Both the position numbers and the translations under genes were made by a program. The notes beneath the pieces were generated by a model that worked only from the letters and a program-made list of their open reading frames with translations, was not told where the DNA came from and made no database searches. From an uncultured Chloroflexia bacterium (GTDB lineage: Bacteria; Chloroflexota; Limnocylindria; QHBO01), in assembly GCA_963814375.1 (NCBI GenBank), contig CAWFCQ010000004.1, positions 388,089 to 452,088 of the forward strand: a stretch of DNA of 64,000 bases, in the 5' to 3' direction. This document shows, piece by piece, positions 56,471-64,000 of this stretch; the stretch's first letter is position 1; every line of letters begins with the position of its first letter.

Positions 56471-57424
56471 CTACCGGCGATCCACGGCGTCGGCTCGGCC
56501 AGCGCGGAGGCCTCGAACCGTGGCCGCGGCGGAGGCGCGGAGGGCGTCGAGCGCGTAGCCACCCTCCAGCGTCAGGGCCACGCCGGGCACTCCCAGCCGA
56601 GCGGCAACCCCACCCAGCGCTCCGGCCACGGCCCCGTAGCCGGCCTCGGTCACCTCGAGCCCCGCCAGCGGGTCGTCGCGATGTGCATCGAAGCCGGCCG
56701 ACACGAGAATCGCGCCCGGCGCGAAGCCCTCGAGCGCGGGAAGCAGGTCATCGCTCCATGTCTCGACGAAGGCGTCATCCCCCTCCCCCGCCGCCAGCGG
56801 TCGGTTGAGCTTGGTTCCCACCGCCGCGCCGCGACCGCGCTCCCCCGGGGCTCCGGTGCCCGGATAGAAAGGCGCCTGGTGGGTCGACCCGTACCAGAGG
56901 TCCGGATCGGCGTCGAAGATGGACTGCGTGCCATCACCGTGGTGCACATCCCAGTCGACGATCGCGACCCGTTGCACGCCGCCCGCGCGCAGGGCGGCGG
57001 CCGCGATCGCGACGCTGTTGAGGAGGCAGAATCCGCTCCCGCGGTCCCTTGTCGCATGGTGGCCGGGCGGGCGCACGATCGCAAAGGCCACCTCGGCCGC
57101 ACCGGAGGCGGCGGCCCTCGCCGCATGGATCGTCGCGCCGGCGGCGAGCTCGGCGGCTCGCATCGACCCGGGCACGAGGTAAGTGTCGGCGTCGAGCCAT
57201 CCGCCGCCGCGTCCCTCGGCGTCGCGGAGCAGCCGCAGGTACGTGGCGTCGTGGACCGCCAGCAGTTCGGGCTCGGTCGGCGGAGACGGGTCGTGCTCGA
57301 CGAGCAGGTCGCCCGCGGCATCCCGCACCCCGGCGGCGGCGGCATCTCGGCGCTCCGGTCGCTCGGGGTGACCGGCAGCCTGGTGGGCGTCCATTGCCGC
57401 ATCGGTCAGCAGCAGGATGGTCAC
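56471..57424 (-). CDS. Histone deacetylase family (Zn-dependent deacetylase)
   Basis: HPE.P.R, RPPGHHA, GFC, DWDVHHG.GTQ, SAGFD, LEGGY. Confidence 0.95.
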   Translation of the reverse strand: MTILLLTDAAMDAHQAAGHPERPERRDAAAAGVRDAAGDLLVEHDPSPPTEPELLAVHDATYLRLLRDAEGRGGGWLDADTYLVPGSMRAAELAAGATIHAARAAASGAAEVAFAIVRPPGHHATRDRGSGFCLLNSVAIAAAALRAGGVQRVAIVDWDVHHGDGTQSIFDADPDLWYGSTHQAPFYPGTGAPGERGRGAAVGTKLNRPLAAGEGDDAFVETWSDDLLPALEGFAPGAILVSAGFDAHRDDPLAGLEVTEAGYGAVAGALGGVAARLGVPGVALTLEGGYALDALRASAAATVRGLRAGRADAVDRR

Positions 57425-58131
57425 GGACGAATCGTGCGCATCACCTGGAGCGTTCCCTCGAACAGCGCGTACATGACCACGGAGAGGACGGCGGAGCTCA
57501 CGGGGTCTCCGCCCGGGGTCGCGATGATGGCGAAGAGCACGATGACCAGGACGGCCCAACGGCGCCGGGCCGAGAGGAATCGGTAGTTGAGGATTCCGGC
57601 CCGGGCGAGCAGCAGGAGGAGCACCGGGAACTGGAAGGCGAGCCCGAAGGCCAGCATGATCGTCATCACGAAGCTGACGTAGTCGGTGAGCCTCAGCGTG
57701 CTCGAGTCGACGCCCGGCAGCGTCAGCGACAGGAGGAAGTCGAGCGCGTACGGGATGATCAGGTAGCCCATCACGACGCCGAACGCGAAGAGAACGATGG
57801 CGAGGATGAGCATCGGCCAGATAAGGCGCCGCTCGCGCTTCGTGAGGCCCGGAGTCACGAAGCGCCACAGCTGATAGAGGATCACGGGCACCGAGAGCGC
57901 GATGCCGACATACAGGCCGATCCGCAGCCGGACCGCGAGCGACTCGCCGATCGTCAGCTGGATGAGGTTGTCCTGTCCATCCGGCAGCGGGGCGCGCAGC
58001 AGCTCGAGGATCGGGTCGGCGAGGAAGAAGCCGAGGGTGCCGGTCACGGCGACCGCGACGGCGATGACGATGATCCGGCTGCGGAGCTCCTCGAGATGCT
58101 CCACGAGGCTCATCGTGGCCTCGTCCGTCAT
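57421..58131 (-). CDS. tatC: Twin-arginine translocase subunit TatC
   Basis: HLEELR.R, YQLWRFV.PGL..E, FG..FQ.P, TP..DP. Confidence 0.95.
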   Translation of the reverse strand: MTDEATMSLVEHLEELRSRIIVIAVAVAVTGTLGFFLADPILELLRAPLPDGQDNLIQLTIGESLAVRLRIGLYVGIALSVPVILYQLWRFVTPGLTKRERRLIWPMLILAIVLFAFGVVMGYLIIPYALDFLLSLTLPGVDSSTLRLTDYVSFVMTIMLAFGLAFQFPVLLLLLARAGILNYRFLSARRRWAVLVIVLFAIIATPGGDPVSSAVLSVVMYALFEGTLQVMRTIRP

Positions 58132-58178
58132 CGGCGGGACGTCACGTCACGCGGAGGACGACGCTCGGCGAGCGCGGA

Positions 58179-58397
58179 TCAGTGGGAGCGGTCCGAGCCG
58201 TCGCCCGTCGGGGTCTCGTCTGCGGTCGGGCGCTTCGGCTCGCCGCGAACTGAGTCCTCGAGCTCACTGGATGCCTTGCGGAACTCGCGTATCCCCTTCC
58301 CGACCGCATTGCCGATATCGGGCAGCTTGCCGGGGCCGAAGATGATCAGCACGATCACCAACAGCAGGATGAGCTCCATCGGTCCGGGAACCGGCAT
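58179..58397 (-). CDS. tatA: Twin-arginine translocase subunit TatA
   Basis: E...[10 protein letters not shown]...GKGIREF. Confidence 0.95.
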   Translation of the reverse strand: MPVPGPMELILLLVIVLIIFGPGKLPDIGNAVGKGIREFRKASSELEDSVRGEPKRPTADETPTGDGSDRSH

Positions 58398-58404
58398 CTG
58401 ACTT

Positions 58405-59262
58405 TCACGAACCTCCGTGATTGGCCGCAGCAGCGGAACTGGCTTTCGAGTGTAGCACCGTGTCTCGCATCCGATCCGCCATGGCCCTGGCCGCCGCGGC
58501 GGCAGCCTCGCGCCAATCTGGCCCTCGCGATGCGCCCGAGATCGAGCGCGACACGGATACCAGGCCCGGCGCCCAGTCCCCGTCCGCGCTGCGCACGGCC
58601 GCCTCGAGATCGCCGCCCTGGGCGCCGACCCCCGGAACGAGGAATCCTGGCCCCGGGACCGCAGCCCTGACCGATGTCAGCTGGGCGGGTGCGGTCGCCC
58701 CCACGACGAGGCCGACCCGGCCGTCCTGCCATCGATCGGCAGCCCAGCGTGCCACGTGGATGTGCACCGGCGAGCCGTCCGCCACGAGCTCCTGAATCGT
58801 GCCGGCCGACGGATTGCTCGTTCGCGCAAGCAGGTAGACCATCCGGCCGGCGTCGGCGAGGAACGGGTCGACGGCATCCTCGCCGAGGTAGGGCGAGAGC
58901 GTCACCGCGTCGGCCTCGAGACGGCCGAACAGCGACTCCACGTAGCGCTCGGCGGTCGTGCCGATATCACCGCGCTTCGCGTCGAGGATGCACACGATCT
59001 CGGAGGGCACGTCGCGCCGGACGCGTTCGAGAGCGGCCCAGCCATCGGCGCCGAACGCCTCGAAGAACGCGACGTTGATCTTCACCGCGCACGCTTCCGG
59101 GCCGGCGGCTTCGATCAGGCCCCGCGCGAAGATCTCGATTCCACGTACGTCCTCGCTGATGCCGTCGGGCAGCTGGTCGGGATGCGGATCGATGCCCAGG
59201 CACAGCCGCGTCCCGACGGCCGCCCGTCGCGCCGTCAGCCGAGCAAGCGTGGATCCGGTCAT
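58405..59262 (-). CDS. pyrF: Orotidine-5'-phosphate decarboxylase
   Basis: [35 protein letters not shown]. Confidence 0.96.
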   Translation of the reverse strand: MTGSTLARLTARRAAVGTRLCLGIDPHPDQLPDGISEDVRGIEIFARGLIEAAGPEACAVKINVAFFEAFGADGWAALERVRRDVPSEIVCILDAKRGDIGTTAERYVESLFGRLEADAVTLSPYLGEDAVDPFLADAGRMVYLLARTSNPSAGTIQELVADGSPVHIHVARWAADRWQDGRVGLVVGATAPAQLTSVRAAVPGPGFLVPGVGAQGGDLEAAVRSADGDWAPGLVSVSRSISGASRGPDWREAAAAAARAMADRMRDTVLHSKASSAAAANHGGS

Positions 59263-61007
59263 CCGGCGCGCGCCAGCACCGGCATCGGAAGGCGACGCGC
59301 GAGGAGCGGGCTGGCATCGGTGTGCGCAAAGTCGACGACGCGCAGCCGCAGCCGCGGGATGCCGCCGAACTCGTCGCGCTCGAGCGTGCCGACCAGGTCG
59401 ACCGCATCTCCGGGTTCCGGGAGCGCGCGGTCGGCATCGATGCCGAAGGCGATGGCGTCGAACGTCTCGAGGCCCCGACGCATCTTCAGCGCCACGTGCT
59501 GCTCGCGCTGGCCGACGCGGCGGGCGTCGGCCACCGTCATGCCGGTCACCGCGAGCATCGGCTCGAGATGACCGGGCCCGTACGGTGCCAGTCGTGCCAG
59601 CTCGTCGGCCAGCGACCAGTCGAGGCGGGGAGCGGTCAGCACCAGATCCACCAGCTGGCGCCCGGGCCGCACGATCTCCGGCGCGACATCGGCCGGGAAT
59701 GGACGCGGAAGGGCGGCGAAAGCGGCCATGAACGTGAGCCATCGCTCGGGCGCGACGCTGAAGCCGCCGGCGGCAGCGTGCCCGCCCCGCTTGGTGAGGT
59801 GCTCGGCGCAAGCCTCCAGGGCCGCTGCGACGTGGAAGTCGGAGGGCGCTCGCACCGATCCTCGCACCTCCTCGCCCACGAGCGTGGCGATCGCAACCGG
59901 GCGGGCCAGCGCGTCGGCCAGCCGCCCGGCGATCAGCCCGACGAGGCCGGGCGACCACTCATCGTTGCGCAGGACGAGGCCGCCGGTACCGGGCTCGGCA
60001 TCCGCGAGCGGGCGCGCGGTCTCGACGGCCACCTTCGTCATCTCGCGGCGCCGCTCGTGGACCTCTTCCAGCTCGTCAGCAAGCCTCGCGGCGCGTGACG
60101 GGTCCGCCTCGAGGAGCAGCTCGATCGCGAGCTCGGCGTCCGCGATCCGGCCGGCGGCATTGATGCGCGGCACGACACCGAACCCCAGGTCACGAGCCGT
60201 CGGCTGCTCCGGCGCCTCGCAGCCGCGCGCCAGGAGCGCGCGAAGCCCGGCATGGGCGGTCCGTCCGAGCTCCGCAAGGCCCAGGCGCACGATCGCCCGG
60301 CTCTCGCCCGTCATCGGCGCGAGATCGGCGATGGTGCCGATCGCCGCCACCGCGGCCAGGCCCTCCTCCGAGAGCCCGTGGCGCGCGAGGAGAGCCGCGG
60401 CGAGCTTGTACGAGAGGCCGGCGCCGGTCAGATCGGGATCGGGGTACTCGCAGTCTGGCCGATGGGGATCGACCACGGCCGCGGCTCGCGGGAGCACCGC
60501 CGGCGGCAGATGGTGATCGGTGATGACGATGTCGAGGCGGAGCGCGCGCGCCGCCTCCACCTCGGCGGCGTTGCTGACGCCGCAATCGACGGTTATGACG
60601 AGGCCGACGCCGTCGCTGGCGAGTCGCTCGAGCCCGACCGCCGACAGACCGTAGCCCTCGGCCAGCCTCGACGGAACGTAGCGCACCGGATCGGCGCCCA
60701 AGCGTCGAAGCGCCATGATCCAGACGACGATCGCGGTCATCCCATCTGCGTCGTAGTCGCCCCAGATCGCGATGCGCTCCCCCGTCGCGATCGCCGCCTC
60801 GATCCGGTCCAGCGCGCGGCCCGCATCGGCCATGCGCGACAGGTCGTGGAGCGCGCCTGCGCCTGCCTGGAGGAAGCGCTGGAGGTCGTCGTCCCCGGTG
60901 AACCCTCGGCGGGATAGCAGCGTTGCCACCGGCGGGCCGAACCCGGCGAACACGGGTGGCTCCGGCACTGGCTCCGGGAGCACCCACTCCAGGCTCGGGA
61001 CGATCAC
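59259..61007 (-). CDS. recJ: Single-stranded DNA exonuclease RecJ (DHH/DHHA1)
   Basis: GDYDADG, TVDCG, ITDHH, GT.AD, PRINAAGR, GGH..AGG. Confidence 0.94.
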   Translation of the reverse strand: MIVPSLEWVLPEPVPEPPVFAGFGPPVATLLSRRGFTGDDDLQRFLQAGAGALHDLSRMADAGRALDRIEAAIATGERIAIWGDYDADGMTAIVVWIMALRRLGADPVRYVPSRLAEGYGLSAVGLERLASDGVGLVITVDCGVSNAAEVEAARALRLDIVITDHHLPPAVLPRAAAVVDPHRPDCEYPDPDLTGAGLSYKLAAALLARHGLSEEGLAAVAAIGTIADLAPMTGESRAIVRLGLAELGRTAHAGLRALLARGCEAPEQPTARDLGFGVVPRINAAGRIADAELAIELLLEADPSRAARLADELEEVHERRREMTKVAVETARPLADAEPGTGGLVLRNDEWSPGLVGLIAGRLADALARPVAIATLVGEEVRGSVRAPSDFHVAAALEACAEHLTKRGGHAAAGGFSVAPERWLTFMAAFAALPRPFPADVAPEIVRPGRQLVDLVLTAPRLDWSLADELARLAPYGPGHLEPMLAVTGMTVADARRVGQREQHVALKMRRGLETFDAIAFGIDADRALPEPGDAVDLVGTLERDEFGGIPRLRLRVVDFAHTDASPLLARRLPMPVLARAG

Positions 61008-61052
61008 CGCTCCATCGTAGCCGTGGCGGGTCACCCGCCGCTTACCGAACCG

Positions 61053-62183
61053 TTATCGCGTGGCTCGAAGCTTGCGTCTCGCGTCCCACTCGTTCCACGC
61101 CACCAGGATCTGGCTGGCGTTGAAGATCGACGAGTAGGTTCCCGAGACGACGCCGAGAAGCAGTGCCAGGGTGAAGGTCCGGATCGTCGGCGGTCCGAGC
61201 AGGAGCAGCGCGCCGAGGGTGACGACCACGGTGAGCGAGGTGATGATCGAGCGGCCCATCGTCTGGAGGATCGAGTGGTTCACGATGGCGCCGAACGTCT
61301 CGCCCGCGTGGCGCACCCGGTTCTCGCGGATCCGGTCGAAGACCACGATCGTGTCGTGGACGCTGAAGCCGATGATCGTGAGCAGCGCGGTCACGAACAG
61401 CGCGTCGAACTCCATGAAGAAGAAGTAGCCCAGGATCGCGAAGGTGCCGACGACGAGGATGACGTCGTGCAGCAGCGCGATGATCGCCGCGGTGCCGAAG
61501 CGGAAGCCGAAGCGGATCCATAGGTAGGCGAGGATGAAGAGCTCGCCGATGATGATGAGGATCGCCGAGCTGCGGATGAGGTCGGAGCCGATGATCGGGC
61601 CCACGGTCCGCACGCTGCGCGGCTCACCCTCCCCGAACTGCTCCTCGAGCGACGCCTGAACGTCCGCGAACTCGGTGCCGGCGATGACGGCCGGCGGAGA
61701 GGGCTCGGGCGAGGAGGACGGCGACGCAGCGGCCGATCCCGATGGCGACGCCGACGCGATTCCGGTCGTGTCCGGGCTGGCGCTGGGCGCCGGACTACCC
61801 GACGTGTCGGGACTGCCGGAGGCTTGCGGGCTGCTGGAGGGCGCATCGCTAGGCGAAGCTTCGGCACTGGCGCTCGGCTCGACCGATCCTGACGGGGCAG
61901 GCTCCTCGGTGGGAGGCGGAACCAGGTCGATGGGCTGGGTTCGGATCCGAAGGTACCCATCGGGCAGCGCAGTCACGACCGCGTCCTCGTAGCCGAGCTC
62001 GGCAAGCGCATCCTCGACCTCCGCGGCCGATGGCTCGCTCTCGTAGCGGACCTCCCACTCGGTGCCGCCGGTGAAGTCGATCGACGGCCTGAGCCCGCCG
62101 AGGAAGATGAAGATCAGGCCGGGGATGGTGAGGATGGCGCTGATCGCAAACCACAGGTTGCGCTTGCCGACGATGTCGTACAC
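61053..62183 (-). CDS. secF: Protein translocase subunit SecF
   Basis: IDFTGG, VGP..G, HD, GFSVHDTIVVFDRIREN, GTYSSIF. Confidence 0.96.
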   Translation of the reverse strand: MYDIVGKRNLWFAISAILTIPGLIFIFLGGLRPSIDFTGGTEWEVRYESEPSAAEVEDALAELGYEDAVVTALPDGYLRIRTQPIDLVPPPTEEPAPSGSVEPSASAEASPSDAPSSSPQASGSPDTSGSPAPSASPDTTGIASASPSGSAAASPSSSPEPSPPAVIAGTEFADVQASLEEQFGEGEPRSVRTVGPIIGSDLIRSSAILIIIGELFILAYLWIRFGFRFGTAAIIALLHDVILVVGTFAILGYFFFMEFDALFVTALLTIIGFSVHDTIVVFDRIRENRVRHAGETFGAIVNHSILQTMGRSIITSLTVVVTLGALLLLGPPTIRTFTLALLLGVVSGTYSSIFNASQILVAWNEWDARRKLRATR

Positions 62184-62186
62184 GGG

Positions 62187-63524
62187 CTAGCGCTCCACGT
62201 GGTAGAGCTCGAGCCGCCTGCCCCAGCTCGTGCGCGTGACGTAGCGGAGCATCGTCCGCGTCACCGTCACGGCGCTGAACATGCTCACCAGCACGCCGAT
62301 GATGAGGACGAGCGCGAAACCGCGGACGACGGTCGTCCCCTGCCAGTACAGCCAGCCGGCGACGAGAAGCGAGGCGACGTTCGAGTCGAGGATGCTCGAC
62401 CAGGCGCGGTTGAATCCGGCCTCGATCGCGGGGCCGAGCGTCTTGCCGGCCCGGATCTCCTCCTTCATTCGCTCGAAGATGAGGATGTTGGCGTCGACCG
62501 CCATCCCGATGCTCAGGATGAACGCCGCCACCCCGGCGAGCGTCAGCGTCACGTGGATGAGGCGGAAGATGGCGTACACCACGAGCGTGTAGAAAACGAG
62601 GGCGATCGCGGCGAGGACGCCGGGCAGGCGGTAGTAGGCGATCATGAAGAAGAGTACGAGCGCGAGCCCCACCGCCCCCGCCACGAGCGCCTGGACCAGG
62701 AAATCCGCGCCGAGGGTCGGGTCGACCGTCTCGAAGCCGACCTCCTCCAGCGAGATGGGCAGGGCACCGAAGCGCAGCGTGTTGTAGAGGCTGGTCCGCT
62801 CGGCCTCGGCGGCCGCCGATGCCGCGCCGACCGTGATGATCGTATCTCCCGCGCAGATCGCACTGTCGATGTCCGGGGTCGTGATGACCTCGTTGTCGAG
62901 CGCTATCGGGCCGGGTCGTCCAACGTTCGCGGTCGTGAACGCGCACCAGATGTCGCTGCCAGTCTCGCCGAGGCTGAACTGGACGCCGATGAGGTTGCCG
63001 TTGGCCGCCGGAGCGACGCTGTTGGGATCGATCTCGCCCCCGTCGAACAGCTCGCGAACCGTACCCGCCTCGAGCAGGTCACTGATGTCCTGCCCCTCGG
63101 TGAGGGCCTGGCCCTGCGGGTCGATGAACTGGAGCTTGCCGGTGGCACCAACGAGGGCGCGCACCTGGTCCTGGTCCGCCGCGCTGACGCCCGGCACCTC
63201 CACCACGATCCGTTGCGATCCATCGCCGGCCGTCTCGGTGCGGACCTGCGGCTCGGTAACGCCGATGCCGGCCACGCGACGCTCGATGATGTTTCGCGCG
63301 GTCTCGATCTGCTCGGCGGTCACGTCGGCGCCGTCCTCGCCCTGCGCCTCGAGGGATACGCGCACGCCGCCCTGGAGGTCAAGGCCGAGGACGGTGCGGA
63401 GCTCGATCCCGGCGAGCTGCTCGGGCAGCCACGAGAGGCCGAGCGTCGTGCGCGGCAGGTTGATGAAGATCGCCACCAGGGCGATCACCCCGATGACCCA
63501 CGGGGCGATGCGACGCCAGGTCAT
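62187..63524 (-). CDS. secD: Protein translocase subunit SecD
   Basis: LGLDLQGG, IERRV..GV.EP, GALP, PTLG, GMAVDANILIFER.KEE. Confidence 0.96.
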   Translation of the reverse strand: MTWRRIAPWVIGVIALVAIFINLPRTTLGLSWLPEQLAGIELRTVLGLDLQGGVRVSLEAQGEDGADVTAEQIETARNIIERRVAGIGVTEPQVRTETAGDGSQRIVVEVPGVSAADQDQVRALVGATGKLQFIDPQGQALTEGQDISDLLEAGTVRELFDGGEIDPNSVAPAANGNLIGVQFSLGETGSDIWCAFTTANVGRPGPIALDNEVITTPDIDSAICAGDTIITVGAASAAAEAERTSLYNTLRFGALPISLEEVGFETVDPTLGADFLVQALVAGAVGLALVLFFMIAYYRLPGVLAAIALVFYTLVVYAIFRLIHVTLTLAGVAAFILSIGMAVDANILIFERMKEEIRAGKTLGPAIEAGFNRAWSSILDSNVASLLVAGWLYWQGTTVVRGFALVLIIGVLVSMFSAVTVTRTMLRYVTRTSWGRRLELYHVER

Positions 63525-63647
63525 TGCGGCCGTACGGTCCTCATGGAAGCGGAATGTCGTGCCGGCGAGGTGTGCCCGGGACACGAAACGCGCCGCTTCA
63601 CCAGCGGCGGGCGGCGCAAGTATAGCGGACTTGGCCGGAGGGCGCCC

Positions 63648-64000
63648 TCAGGCAAGCATTCCCTCGCGCGCGAGGTGCGCCTTGAGCCGCTCCGCGAGGT
63701 CGCGGCTGATGCCGGGCGTGGCTGCCACCTCGTCCAGCGTCGCCTCGCGGATCCGCCGTACGGAGCCGAATCGCTTGAGCAGGGACTTCTTGCGGCCCGG
63801 GCCGATGCCGGGCACGTCGTCCAGCTCGCTGTGGAGTGCGCGCTTGCCGCGCACATCACGGTGGTAGGTGATGGCGAACCGATGAGCCTCGTCCCGGATG
63901 CGCTGTACCAGGTACAGCGCCTGCGAGCGACGCGGGAGCACGATCGGCGCCGACCGGCCTGGCAGATAGAGCTCCTCGAAGCGCTTTGCGAGCCCGGTGA
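63648..64000 (-). CDS. uvrC: Excinuclease ABC subunit C (C-terminal part; 5' end beyond window)
   Basis: GLAKRFEE, QRIRDEAHRFAITYHR, L..VPGIG..R...LL..FGS. Confidence 0.95.
   Translation of the reverse strand, partial: TGLAKRFEELYLPGRSAPIVLPRRSQALYLVQRIRDEAHRFAITYHRDVRGKRALHSELDDVPGIGPGRKKSLLKRFGSVRRIREATLDEVAATPGISRDLAERLKAHLAREGMLA

Overview
High-GC bacterial chromosome segment. Gene content and order suggest Chloroflexota, possibly Limnocylindria-like (inference). It is dominated by minus-strand housekeeping operons: uvrC(partial)-secDF-recJ-pyrF-tatAC-HDAC-rapZ-yvcK-whiA-tpiA-gpmI-secG, a cluster of 8 tRNAs with interspersed accessory genes, rpsF-ssb-rpsR, a yybP-ykoY riboswitch plus cation antiporter, ilvE-GT2-ileS-lspA-rluD-gmk-priA-def-fmt, rlmN-rpe-dtd, rpmB, recG-rsmD-coaD-rpmF-plsX-nusB-acpP-rnc-smc-ftsY-ffh-rpsP-khpA-rimM-trmD-rplS-rnhB(partial). 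Most notable points: (1) a ~1.9 kb integrase-less islet at the 3' end of tRNA-Cys, bounded by a decayed copy of the tRNA 3' half and carrying tandem operators plus a hypothetical/excisionase-like HTH/J-domain operon; (2) an RNase HII whose DExGRG motif reads DAVGVA; (3) an IleRS with GVHH and EMHKS signature motifs; (4) three +1 frameshifts (trmD, rpsF, J-domain gene), most likely sequencing errors; (5) apparent ACG and CTG start codons. No CRISPR array, rRNA, transposase or integrase was seen. All calls are by eye, without database searches.
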